Source: Eutreptiella sp. 'Long Island Sound 2002' (lineage: Eukaryota; Protista; Euglenida). Taken from it: a DNA stretch of 64,000 nt. The translations under genes and the position numbers were made by a program. The stretch lies in the NCBI GenBank assembly GCA_964036045.1, contig OZ038379.1:48050001-48114000 (forward strand), in the 5' to 3' direction. Positions 45,496 through 58,149 of this stretch are shown in pieces. The notes below the pieces were generated by a model, which saw only the letters and a list, made by a program, of their open reading frames with translations, did no database searches and was not told where the DNA came from. Each line of letters opens with the position of its first letter. Position 1 is the stretch's first letter.

Positions 45496-46999
45496 CCTGT
45501 TAGGTGAATGCGTAGAAAGTGTTCCAAGGACCCACTCTCATCCTTAGATGGATCTGTAGAAAGGTGTCCAAGCAGTCAATGTTGGTCTTAGGCCCTTCTT
45601 TTTCATTCCTCGAAACATTTGGAAAGAAGGCTGGTGCAAGTGTGGTGTAAGCGGCCAGGGGTGATGTACCATCATGGTGGTGTGGTCCCAGGCCACCGCC
45701 CCGAGTTGCTATGACCACACTTTTACACTTACCTTCCAATGCCGGAGGTGCCCGACACCCCCCCCTGGGGAACCGCCCTCCCCGGCGGCCCCCCCGACGC
45801 CCCTCCCGGAAGCCCCCGTCCCCCCCCCCCCAGAGTAGGGCCTCCGGCACACGTTTACTTCGGGGGGGGGGGGGGTAATTGGCATTCAAAACCGAGGGGT
45901 TGCCACCGCTCGGACCCACGCACTACCTCGCGGAGCCGAGCTACAGGTTTCTTGCGCCGCTGCTGCCGACGCCACAACCTGACTAGCAGGACCTAGCGTT
46001 GGCGTACCTTTGGGGCAAGTTGACAAGAGTGGACCGCCGCCGTGCAACGGACCACCCAATGATCCCCGAAGCAGCCATGCAGTGCCCCCTGTATCCACCA
46101 AAACGCAGCCACGTTGTGGCGGAAGAGAGCCATACGTCCCGTGCACCCCGGTAGCGAGCGTCTGCGGTGGGAGCGCCGCGAGACACGCGGCGCCCAGCAC
46201 GCAATATGGAGCGGCGACACTGCGCCCGGGGGGGTACTGACTAGAGTCCCGTCTGCAGAGGCTAGAGGCGGGGTTCGGCAACCCCGGAGGCATCATGAAC
46301 GTGGGGGAGACCCAGAGAACTACCGCACATACTGCACCCCACGGCTACACAACGATGCCCTATCAATGAGGCACCATGGTGACAGCCCCCGCCAAGGGCA
46401 CCACCCGTATGGCGGTGGTGGCACCTCCAGCCGCCAAGGCAGCACGTAGGGCTGACGCCCTTGCCGCCCCACAGCGGACCGCGAGCCCTAGCGACTGCAC
46501 GGGGGGAGTGACTCAAAACCTCCGGTGCCCGAGCCCAATCTCAATGCGGTGCATGCCCTTGACGCCCTAGAGCCCTAGCGGTAGCTGGAGTCGGAGCCCA
46601 AAACGGCCCCTCTTGTTCGGCCGCCACACGAGGAGCTGCAGGACCCTGGCCCGCAACCTATGCGTCCCAAGCAGTCCGAGAGGGCAAAGCAGACGAAGAC
46701 CTAGGCACCGCAGGACACGCCGGCACAACGCGGGGCTCACGCCTACCCCACTTGTGAAACGGCGTGCACGAGCAGGTACAAATACAACCCGTAGCCTTGC
46801 AAGGCGGGCTTCGGACGGCACCCTTGCTCCCGGATAGCCCGGGGTCGCCGCCTGGTGCAGTACTTGCCGCCATGGTAGGGCGCAACGCATGTGAGGTTGT
46901 CCGTTAGGCGGGGAACATGGTGTGTCACTACGCTAAAGAAACAGGCGAGGCACGGGGCGGCTGCCCACACACGGCACTGCTCTCCGTGCTTTCGGGCTG

Positions 47000-48750
47000 A
47001 AGGAAAACTTGTTCACCTTTTTTTGCACAAATGGGAGGGCAAAACACCTTGCTGAGCGAATGGGTAACACAAAAAGGGGTTCAAAAGAGACAAAAAAGGC
47101 TAGCAAAAAAGCTTTCACGGGATCTGACGTTGTGCGCCTGATTTTGGACCTTGGAATGCCGAAACCAAGGTATACAACATGACGCACACATGGCAACAAG
47201 TGGTTCAACTGTGTGGTTGAAACCTTCACGCCAACCTCGATTTGTGATTGTGGTTCATGACCGAGATCGCTTGGAGAAATGATCGCTCAATGGTGCCTAA
47301 AATATGACCATATGACTTGCAACGTGTTGCCCGCTTCAAATTTGCGAATACATTGCATTTTCTACCATTTAAAAATTTTCGTTGCCTTGAGCGCAACCCA
47401 TTCAACCGCAGGTTCAACCGCGCCCTTTATTCATACTCCTCGGTTCAACCATCCCTAGGTACAAGAAACTCATTTCGTGGGCCGACGCGGAAGAGAAGAA
47501 AAGTCGTGCAAGCCCCGTCCCATGGACACACTGCTTTCCGTCGTAGGCAACGATGGATAAAGCTTGGTGCACGTTCAGTGAGAGACAAGTACTAAAAAGC
47601 ACCATAAAGGATGCAAGGGGTGGGGTTCGTTGAGATTTGGATGATTTGATAAAATATATAGGTGATCAACCACATGTGCTGGAAGAAATGCACTTCCCAA
47701 GATTTGGGGATGATCACCCCGATGTACTTTTAGTGCCCGGTGATGGGTTTTCGTGTGGAGCAAGGTCGTCCTGCGAAATTGCATGTGGGTTGGCTAACCA
47801 CATGCAAAAGGCACGAAAATTGCTCTAGGATTGGACCCTTGACCTTGCTCTTGTAAGTGAGCATTAAAGGGATCTTGTGCGTGTACTCTTTGGAGAGACA
47901 CTAAAAAAATATAACAAATTATTCCCCAGGGGTACATGTTGCTCCGAGGGGTTTGGGTGTGAACCATTGTCATTATTGGAGGCGATAGCCCTTGGGTTTG
48001 TCATATACTTAGCATTTAGCTGTGTTGGTGCAAAACGTTGTATCGAAAATCCACTATTGAAAATGGATGACCGTGTAGGGTGTGTCATCATGTGTGTTCT
48101 ACATCTTGTGATAAGATGTGGTGAATACTTGACAACGTTTGTGCGCACACGAGCCACCATGTTACCGATAAACCAGCAATGCAAGGTTCAAAGCCTCCTA
48201 AAGGACGCTAAGACCAATATTTCTTTGAAAGGCCGCTCCTTGCCGGATGGGGAAGAGACATGGCACTTGTTTGCCAATTGGGTGCCCATTGCAAACAGTT
48301 TGCGTCTAACACCACATGTCACCACTATCGTGGAGGACATGGGGAAATTGCTAACCGCTATCTACCAGTGTACATATGATCCATTCGTCCACGGGTGTGC
48401 ACACATTGCAAAAAGGTTTCAAAGCAGTGTATGTCCCTAGAAACGATCACCCTATTTGCTTTGGCTCCGCAACGAGGGGGCCACGGTTTTCAGTAATTTG
48501 TAACCTTGGGGCGGGCCATGTTTTGTGGCGACATTGTTGAGTCGCTTAACTATGTCTTTAAAGTCAACTTTCTAACCACAACTTCCCGTGGTGGTGGTCA
48601 TAAGGCTACGAAGGAGGAAAAGGATGAGGCAATGTTGCGACGCACATGAGCGCACCTTCCTCTACAAGGAAATGCCTCGATGGGACGGGCTTCGGCGACG
48701 CGAAGATGAGCACGTGGTGCACGCTCAATTGGAAGTGGGCAACTAGGAGG
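47000..48750 (+). pseudogene. Second Transib/RAG-like transposase, intron-containing and decayed
   Basis: Intron 47170-47458 joins MPKP-R-YKKLISW in phase 2. Motifs LLVPGDG, CVLHLVIRCGEYL, LPDGEETWHLF and (after a frameshift) CGDIVESLNYVFK. Second catalytic Asp not located. Confidence 0.55.
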
Positions 48751-48853
48751 TGTGTGGTTCAAACGTGTGCAAACCGTGGTTCAGCCGTGGTTAAAGAGGT
48801 TGACCCGTGCCGTTGAACCGGCCTCCCCACGGTTTCACCCCTGCTTACCTGAG

Positions 48854-51432
48854 GTCCTTTTGCACCATGGACAAAGAGTCTATCGGGAAGGCTCCACAGG
48901 ACTGCTTGAGGGCAATGGGTACGGGACAAGCCGCTGATCCACCAGCATCGTCGGCACCGCAAGCAGCGCCTCCCGCTCCACACCTCGCCGAGAAGTTCCC
49001 GTTGAAGAAAGAAGTGGTTGTCCACAACACATGCAACCCCGACACTACGTTGGCACCGGAGACACCGGAGTGGAGGTGGCTTGCGGATGTGACCGCCAAA
49101 CGTGTGTTTCGCACAAGAATCAGGATATGGATGAAGAAGCACCGCCAAGAAGATAAGGACGGTGTCCGGTCCTATCCTTGGGAGACCAAGTGCATCAGTG
49201 CCGGGGAATTTTCGGAATGGAAGGTGCTATGGGTGGGGGTTTTGAGTGATCCCCATGGCCACATGTCCTTGGATGAGCCTAGTCTTGATGCCCTGTTCAA
49301 GATATGGGCCAATGCCGGGTGTGGTGTTGCTAGGAGCGCAACGTGGCTCGATGCAGAATCGCTGGGACGGGGCGGTGCTCATAGCGCACGACATGGCCCA
49401 CGCTTCTTTTTCAAGGCACCCACGGAGCTACCGCGAGGTTGGTTCAACAACGCCAACTTGCACAAGTACACCCACACGCCGAGCAGCATGCTTTCTATCG
49501 GGGCCACTGACTCTGGTGGGGAAAAGCACAAGAAGGCTAAGGCAACTGCCCTAACCATAGCAGCAGCGGCGCCGATAGCAATGGCACCATCCCCATTCAT
49601 GCAGAGCGGTGTGTTTCAAGCGATCCAAGGGGTGCAACACGTTTGCCTTGGTGCTAGGGCGTGGTTCAACTGTGGTTTAGCCGGATGAACCGTGCAGCTG
49701 ATTCACGTGTATCCTACTTAACCGTGCACCGTTCAGTGTCAACTTCCGGGCGGCTGATCAAACTTCACCCTATTGAACCGTTCAGTTGCCTCTTTGCTCT
49801 CTCCGGTTAACACCAGTGACATCAATGAGCACACGTTTGTTGTGGATCAGCGTGGACTTGGCATTGTTGTCCCAAGGAGGTGGCCACCAATACCAATTGT
49901 GGAATGGTGGGACCTATGGAATCAGCAGATTCCTACCGCCGCTCAACTGGTTGAGTGCATGACTCGTGGGGTGCAACGGGGCTTGCGTGAACTGAGTAAT
50001 GCGGGCCAGGACAGTCCAGCGGTGGAAGGACGGATATCAACGGCGCCACAGAGTCGCGCAGCCACCATGGGGTCTCACCAAAGCAGAAACCCGGCGGTAG
50101 AGAGCTTCTAGGATTTTCCCGAGAGGGTGTGGGACCGTCCCCTTGGAGCATCCAAAACCACTGGCAAGCCCGCCAAGCCTCCAAGGCTTCCGGCGCCACC
50201 TCCACCACAAGAAACGAGCACCCCCGGCAGCAACGTGGTTCCTAAGTCCCAGCTTCAGTCCGCCCAGCAGGAGCTCCTCGCACCAAAAGGGGAAGGTCCA
50301 AAACCAAAAGCCGCACCAGCCACGAAGGCCCAAGATTCCGGTGACAAAAAGTCGAAGAAGAAACCCAAAATTGGAAGCGTTGTTGCCTCGAAAAAGCGGA
50401 AAATCGCCCCAGACAGCAATGAGACACAGGAGTCAGACCCCCTCTTCCAAGAGCACGAGCGGGCCGCGGCCGCAAAGCGCATCCCAAAGTAGAAGAAAAA
50501 GAAGGTGCCGCTCGCGCCGATTTCCGACAATGACTCCCGCAAGCTCCGTTCTAACACGGTGCAGGATGCTAGGGCCGTGGCGACTGAGTTGGCTGCGGGA
50601 TTGACGGATGAGGACGAGGACAAGGAGATCCGGGCCGAATCGGCACATGCGTGGGCGCTGGAGGTGTGCCCGGTTGCACCGGTGAAGTGCAGTTCAACCG
50701 CACGTGTGAACCCCTTGAACCGCGGTTTCACTGTGTTTTCCGTTTGTGCAAAACCTGGATCAGCCACAACAACAAAGAATGGCGGTTGAAGATTTGCGGA
50801 AACAGCTGCGGCAACGTTTTAGATGGGGATCCAAAAGGCCAATTCGCTGGGTTATTGTTGATGGTCCTGATGGTGAACCGCGTTTGGCAATTGGTACCCC
50901 TGGGAAAGCCACAAAGCAGACCCCCCAGCCAAAGAAGGGGGAAGAATTGGCGTTTCTTCCGCCTCAGTGGGAGGAGGAGGGCAATACCGCTGCGACAACC
51001 TGGCCAGTTATTGCAGTCCAGGACAGCACAAGCTTTAGTCATCCACACGCTACGGAGGAGGCATTGACACTTCGACGCACCCAAAAAAGAGAGGCGATCG
51101 GTGAGGAGGCCAAGAACACATTGGAGGAATCCCCATCCTAGAGTCCACTTGGGGAGAAGGACGTCAATGACGCGCACGGAGCTGAGGGGGATGTGCCAGT
51201 GCCTTCGTCGCCTGAAAAGGAAAAGGACAGTGACAAAGGGGTTCCTGTGCGTGCCCCGCGGGAGGTGCAAGGGTTTCCCCTAGAGCCAAGGCACAGCGAG
51301 ATGCAAGTTCGTGTGTCTGCCCCACTGAAGGTGCCCCGAGAGCAAAAGGATAGTGGAGAGGATGTTCGTGTAGCCCGTCTTGGCCAACAGGAGATTGAGG
51401 AGGTTGTGCAGCGCCAAACGAGGAGGGAATGA
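48854..51432 (+). pseudogene. Spliced accessory ORF of the 47-52 kb element
   Basis: ORFs 48807, 49773, 50127, 50505, 50746 and 51193 join into one frame using GT-AG introns 49609-49785 (phase 1) and 50664-50763 (phase 0) plus TAG at 50109, 50490 and 51139. Confidence 0.6.
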
Positions 51433-54202
51433 CTACATGTAAGCAGGAACATAAGGAAGAGGCAGCCCCAGAGGCTGGTGCACCAGTGCCTTAGGTGAAG
51501 GAAGAGCCACTCCCATAGGAGTGACTATTCACATGCCTCAGGCGAAAGCGGGGGTGGCAGTGGCGGGAGGGGCATGAAGCCTGCTTCCATAGGCAGCTGT
51601 GGGGGGGCTGTAACGGTGCACGGGCATCACCGTGTGCACGTTACAGTACCAACAAGCAAAAATCCTGTCCGGCCCGTCAGCGCACATCGCAATCGTGGTC
51701 CCCCAACTGACCTATCATGCGCTCGCAATGATCCATGGGGTGGGTGATCATCCGAGGCTTTTCCATACTTAGCCAAAAGATGATAGTCCCCTTACGGGGG
51801 AAATAGCCCTAGGTGATTTTTTGAGGGGAGAACGGTTTACAACTGCCCTGCTTCGTGCAAATGGGCCTTGTCGGATCCGTTGGGGGCCTAATTTCTTATG
51901 GGGACACATTGTGGATCCTCGATGCGGGGTTGTGTTTAACACTCTTAGGCCCCACATGTCTCTGCCGTGGTGTGCACAGCGCATTGTGCCAGTACCGCAC
52001 ATAGGTATTGCCTGGGGATGTCTACCTATGGCAATGAAGAATGAACTGGTCAAGTTTGGGTTCCGAAAGTGAAGATTGCTTTTTGTGTATCACTTCAAGC
52101 ATGCGTGGTTGAACCGGCGAAGCCCTTGCAACCGCGCGTCTGTCCATTGGTTGAAAATTTTTTTTAACTTCCGGCGCCACATAAGTTCGAAGTTCAAAGT
52201 CTCGCTATGAACAAAGGAGAGGCACTCATAGGCAGGTTGCCCAGCATCAGTCTAGCCGTAGTAACTATAACCACAGGCTTGGTGCAGGTTATGCACGTCC
52301 ATCAAGGACGCCTGTGGGGACAAGTTATCCCACAAGTCGGCTGACAGCGATGTGCAGATGTGCTCTGCCACGGGCAGTGTCTGCCCAGTCCGATGTGTCA
52401 AGTGTGGTGTTTCAAGCGTGTTGGTGTTCGAGCCACAGGTCACGCGCGGTGGGTCCTGGGAGACCGAGTCGGCTGAATCTCCCACGGATCTGTCGGATTA
52501 GGGTCCCCAGTAAGCTGGATGTAGTCCGGGGTGTCGGAGTGGTGTGTCCTGTACCGCTTGATACGCCGACCCGGTGACAAGCCGGCTGCACTCGCGGGCC
52601 TCTTTTTCTGTTCCCGGAAAAGGCTCCACCGATCTTCAATTTCCTCCAACCAAGCCTGGTGTTCCATCAGCCACCGGCTCATACAGGCCCGCACCTCTTC
52701 CAGTGACTCTTGCCGCCATTGTTTCATGGACCTATGTTGGGTGGTGCGGACCAGTTGCAAGGTATCGCACATGGCCGAGGTCAACCACGTGTCCCTGTCC
52801 CCCAGCCTAAGGGTCACCATAGCAGCCCATGTGCGGAACTTCTGGTAGGCCAGCTGTTGGTGGCTAAAGTTGGCCCGGGCAACCTTGGCCGAGTGGGGGA
52901 GTGCAGAGCACAGCGCCAGTTCCAACACGTCCGTATGCCGCAGGGCCCGTGTGGTTAGGCGGCGTAGGCTGAACAGCGTGCCCAACAGGACACGCTGACG
53001 CGCACGGTGCGCCGCGTAGAGCGTCACGCGGACACTATGGTGGAACAAGAACCACGTGCACTGGGTGGACACGGCGAGCACCCTATCGCAGGTGTCCACG
53101 TGGGCGGCCCAGGCCACTGCCACCCTGACTGTAACCTGTCGTTGCGCCACGATTCCCCTAACGGTTCCCCTGATCAGTGATTGGGCCGTCTGCATCAGAT
53201 TGTTGGCCGCCATGTAGGTTGCCCCCGTCACCGGTCGCCACTGTTTTGCGGGGGTCACAGACGGTGTTAAGTTCGCCTATGTCGAGGAAAGTCTCCGCAC
53301 AAGTGAGTCCGTCCCCTGTCAGCACTGGTAGAGCCCTGATTATCATGCATGCCCTTGGGATGGTGTATGGTTGACGCACGAGTTTCGCCACCGTGCTTCT
53401 TGTTTCCAGCCTGTGGTCTCTTTTGGGTTTTCCAGACCTCTGTTGGCTGCCAGCCGCAGAGCGTTTTCAGGGGTTGTAGTGGCATTGTCGGACAACGCAT
53501 TCCTCGGTAGGGGGCAAGCACTGGGCCCTGCAGCAAAAGGCGGCGTACCAGATGGCCGTTCCGCGCGATGAGAAGCGCCGCTCCCCGACCAAGTTCCTGC
53601 GGCATGCAAAGGTTGTGGCGTAGCTCACCCGCCAGTTGCATGCACTGCTATTGGTGTAGCGCCACCCTGTACCGGAAATCGGGCATGTGGTCGGGCGGGA
53701 TGGAGTCCACACGAGACAGGGGAATGTGGAACTTTGCTACACGGGCAAGGTCGTAAGGCGCTGCTGTCGAAAGCCACTGCCGGGCCATAGACTCCCAAGG
53801 TCCCCAGGTTTTCTCCCACTCGTCCAAGAACAGCGTCCTCCATGTCCCACACTGCACAAGCCGTGTCTGCGCCGCTCCTTGGTGTGTGGACCCACACAGA
53901 GCACACAGTTGGGCGGACTTCTTCCATGGAGGCATACACCCTTTCCACCACACGTTCCCCCACACCCACAAAAGCCAAAACGTGCGGCGCTCCGCCTTTA
54001 AGGGGCCACGTTGCCACGTTGCCCAGTGGACCCCCTCCGGTGTGGCATGTGGGCGCATCGCCGTGATCCACTTTTTTGCTGGTGTGGGTGCCTCTGTGCC
54101 TCCCACGCCTATGCCATGCGGCGCATCTGGTGTGTATGGTGTCAGTGGGAGCTCGCTTCCCATGGACGCCAACGAGTCGGAAACGCTATTTCCCCGTATG
54201 TC

Positions 54203-54625
54203 TCAAGCTTCCTGAGTGGTCCGCGCCTCACCTTCTTCCCGGTGGCCTGGCACCCACCTAGGCATCAGTGACTTATTGTGGAGCTCCTTTGCTAATGGCT
54301 GGCGGACGTCCACGTCACGGACTTCGTGGTATGGCGCAGCTGTAGAACAATCCGTTGCGGCTTGGTTGTCCAAAACTACCTCGTCACCAGCTTGTGCCAG
54401 GCAAGAAGCTACATACATGCCCATGAGCTCTGCCCGGTACGGGGTTTGAGGACCCCGCACTCGTCCAATCACGTGCTGTGGCCCACAGTGAAACCCGAAA
54501 CCTCCTCGGCAGTCGGCTGTGGCGCCCCCCATGCCCGCCGGATTGCCTTTTCTGCTTCCATCCGTATACCATGTCGTCCCCTGTGGCTCACAGCCGTTAG
54601 TGTACACTTCACAACCCCCTACCAC
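54203..54625 (-). CDS. RNase H domain of the LINE
   Basis: WYTDGS...YRAELMG...VVLDNQAA...WVPGH, the D-E-D core and His loop. Confidence 0.88.
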   Translation of the reverse strand: MVGGCEVYTNGCEPQGTTWYTDGSRKGNPAGMGGATADCRGGFGFHCGPQHVIGRVRGPQTPYRAELMGMYVASCLAQAGDEVVLDNQAATDCSTAAPYHEVRDVDVRQPLAKELHNKSLMPRWVPGHREEGEARTTQEA

Positions 54626-54873
54626 AGTGAGTCGGTAGCCTGCCAGGACCTGCCCTCCTTCCAGGACATGCTACCGAGGTTTGGCAAGGCCATACTGGTG
54701 CGCTATGTCCTCTTGGCCGACGGGGGGCATTTGATTGTGGATCATGCGACCGACCTCCGTGTCCTCGCCATCGATGAGACTCGGCCCCCCGGGAAGGCGA
54801 CGGGGGTGCATTGGCGATATGCCCGAGATTGCTCCCATTGAGTTCAAAAAGTCATGTACGCAAGAAAAGGCGT

Positions 54874-55540
54874 CTAGCTACGTTCTACGGATGTGTTGAG
54901 GGATACCCCAAATGCTTGGTGCTGGTGACGTACGGTGTGCTGCATAGTGGTGATGAATCGCCGTCGGTGAGCCGAGTACATCTGGTGCAGCCCCATGCCT
55001 CCGCAAGATATAGGGGAACTGAGTTGCTTGGTATTTCGTCCCGGGACCATACCTTTAGGTTGACGTACATACACCGAACACAGGTCGTCTACCTCCTTGT
55101 ACCACCTGTCAGAGGGAATGAGCACCGCCCGGTGCAGCCACCTGGGCATCAAGATGGAGTTGACCACCTGTTTTCGTTCCGAGCCATCCATGGGAATATG
55201 CGCATACTGCGCCAGGTCCAACGTAATCAAGTGCAGGTAGTACGACCGCGCCTTGTGTGCCCACTGTGGGTGTGCAATGATGTGTCCTAGGTAGCTGAGG
55301 ATGGGGGGTCTGACAGTATTAATCTGCCCGTCCCATAGTAGTTGGTCCACCTTGTAGGTTGCCGACCAACAGTACACCTCTGTTTTCCCTTTGTTCACGT
55401 GGAAGCCCGGCATGTTTCCCAAGTCCGTGACCCTCCTAAGTACGGCCATCGTAGTCCATCGGTCCGGCGAGACAAAGGCCACATCATCCATGTACGTGTA
55501 GAAGTGGATAGAGGGGAATTCTGCCGCTAGAGTTCCGTGA

Positions 55541-55545
<5 letters not shown>
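54874..55545 (-). CDS. C-terminal half of the LINE reverse transcriptase
   Basis: FYTYMDDVAF, GFHVNKGKTE and LSYLGHI; begins abruptly after a (TA)n tract. Confidence 0.88.
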
Positions 55546-55585
<40 letters not shown>

Positions 55586-55591
55586 TCCAAT

Positions 55592-56764
55592 CTACACCCC
55601 TCTCCCCAACTCTAGGTTGCTCCACCATACGGCTCTAGGGTGCGTGCGAAATGTACAACGTGGTGCATACACGTGGTGGAAGGGGCTAAATTCCATCAAA
55701 ACGGGCTCAAAATGAGCTCAAAACACTTGTTTGAGCATCCCAAATGGTCTGGGATCACTTTTGGGAAAACGCGTTTTGACCCATTTTTGGTCCCAAAACG
55801 GCCCACTTTCAAGGCATTTTGGTATTTTTCATGGCCCAAAACGCGCCCCCACGGGCTCAAAATGGGCTAAAACCACTTGTTTGAGCATCCCAAATGGTCC
55901 AGGATCACTTTTGGAAAAACGCGTTTTTGACCCATTTTTGACCCATTTTTGGTTATAAAACGGCCCATTTTCAAGGCATTTTGGGATTTTCGTGGCCCAA
56001 AGCACGCCACCACGGGCTCAAAATGGGCTAAAAACACTTGTTTGAGCATCCCAAGTGGTCTAGGAACAACTTTGGAAAAAATGACTTTTTTCGCCCCGGG
56101 GACCCCGGTGGACCCACCGTTGGCCCTCGCCAGGCGCAGGCCGGGCTGCCCTTCGGCTCCACCAAGTGACCACAGGTACGGGGGTCTAGGCCTCTCGTTG
56201 GGCGATTTTGAGGCTTGGAAACCACCAAAAGTGGGGGGTTGCGGGTGGACTAGGTGCCCTCGGATTTTGGATTTGAGCCACGTAGCCCAACATACGCCCA
56301 GTTCTTGGTTTCAGGGTGTTGGTGCACATGGCGCATATTTTGAGGCTTTTTGGCGCCTTTTTGGGCCGTTTCTCTGACATATCGTGCGGTTGAAGGGCAC
56401 TGGAGGGCTCTTTGACACGGTGAAGTCAAGCTGCGTGTGGCGTGTAGCCACTGTTTCCCTTCGTTTGGCCGTTTCGCCCGGGCTTGGGGGCTGTTTTGGG
56501 CGGAAAATGGCCATTTTTGGCCCAAAATGACGCAGATTTGGTAGGGCACCTCCCGACTTGGCGCCCCCGTCCCGCGGCGCCACCGGTGAGTTTGTGGCTC
56601 AAAACTTGGATTTGGCAAGGGCACCACCTAGGCTCCAAGATGGCTACATGGACAAAAGATCCGAAGCGTTGGGACGGAGCAATGGCCAAAACGGCAAGGA
56701 GACGTGTTGTTGTTGTTGTTGCTTGTTGTTGTTGTTAGCTAAATTTAAGGGGAGAGGGGTGTAG
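55592..56764. mobile_element. Non-autonomous TIR element (~1.17 kb) between TA-rich tracts
   Basis: 16-bp perfect inverted repeats CTACACCCCTCTCCCC (55592-55607) and GGGGAGAGGGGTGTAG (56749-56764); (TA)n at ~55546-55583 and a short TA run at 56765-56775. Confidence 0.7.
55701..56085. repeat. 150-161-bp direct repeats (~2.5 copies) inside the TIR element
   Basis: ACGGGCTCAAAATG...CACTTGTTTGAGCATCCCAA at 55701, 55851 and 56012. Confidence 0.9.
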
Positions 56765-56799
56765 TAATATATATAGAAAGTTTCCGCAAATCCGCAGTT

Positions 56800-58000
56800 G
56801 GAAGCACAAGGACATTCTTCGCGGACCTCGCCACGTGGCTTGTGAAGCCCGCCCACGTCTCTTCCATGTCTCCCACTCTGGCATCGGCAACCAAAAAGCT
56901 GCCCGATTATGCGGGGGACCCGCAATGGGATCCAGAGAAGGCCTTCAATGTTTTGCCAAGTCTCCGCGTGCCAAAAACTCCTGTGGGTCAGGCGCAAGTT
57001 CTTCATCACCTCCGTGTGGTGTTTGCGTTGCATGTGTTCTCCCCATTGTTTTAGTGCGGCCTGGTCACAAGGGTTCTGGCCGAGACGGGCCTGCAGATCT
57101 TGATGAGTCTGGTCCAGTCGTCTGTCTGGCTTCTTGTGTGCAGCGACGTACCGCGCGACCTCTTTCGGCACCATATTGCTGGCAGTCTCCGCGGTCATGT
57201 TTTTGGGGACACCCCGGTACCACCTCCCCATATGTGCGCGGAAACGCTTCAGGTCTCTACCCGTCCAGTCGCGGATGCTGATGATCTCGGAATCTGGGGA
57301 CTGCGGCTCAGGGAGTATGACCGTGGTGTGGATTTCGACACCTGCGTGGTCCCCTGCCGACGGGAACGTGGTCGCTTGGCAGGCCACCGGCGTGAGTGCA
57401 TTCCATGCTGTTTGCGACAGGAGGAGTGCGTCCAAGCGTTTGCCCCCTCGGGTGTGGCTCGGGCCCTGCGGTTGAGGCACCGTTTGGTATTGCGGGTCAG
57501 TAAGACGCCCGGCAGCGAGGCAATCGTGCCATATCCTCCTGCGACGTCGACTTGCGTGCCAGATTCCGTCATTGAAGTCCCCTCCAACAATGCCCACATT
57601 GGGAACGGACGCAATCCAGGCGTCTAAGGCCTCCCTTTCCCGCAGGGTGAACGGCCCATGCTGGTTCACGAAGGTGAATTTGGGCACGACCAGGATCTTG
57701 ATGCAGAGAGTTATAGCATGGGGCGAGTGGTGGGCCATCTATTTGCAGTATTTGTGGACCCTCTCATGCACAAGAAACATCATGTCGGGGCGCTTGTCGT
57801 CATGAGCGAGCGGTTGGTAGTTTGTGCAGGCCTTTGCAGTGTATGCGAGGTGGGCCTCGCCTGTTTTAAAGCGGACCTCCTGGAGGGCAATGATATGGGG
57901 GGAGGAGGCAGTTATTTCTTGCAGGAGGCGACCCCACCTCCACCTGCTGAGGTGCAGGCCGCCCACGTTCAAAGTCAGGGCGTGCAACGTGGTCATCTTG
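56800..58000 (-). CDS. Apurinic-like endonuclease (APE) domain and linker of the LINE, one in-frame TAG
   Basis: LTLNVGG, IIALQEV, IVGGDFN, KRLDALLL and AGDHAGV. TAG at 57739 joins two in-frame ORFs. Confidence 0.9.
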
Positions 58001-58149
58001 GGGTGACCTGGGTTTGGATGCACACCTACCGATAGTGTTAGGCTTTCACGTTTCCATCGGGCATGAGACAATATGACTGGGTAACGGCAGCCAACCTGTT
58101 GCGCTTTATTTGGGTTTGGGGGCACGTCATTGGACGGCGTCACCAGTCG

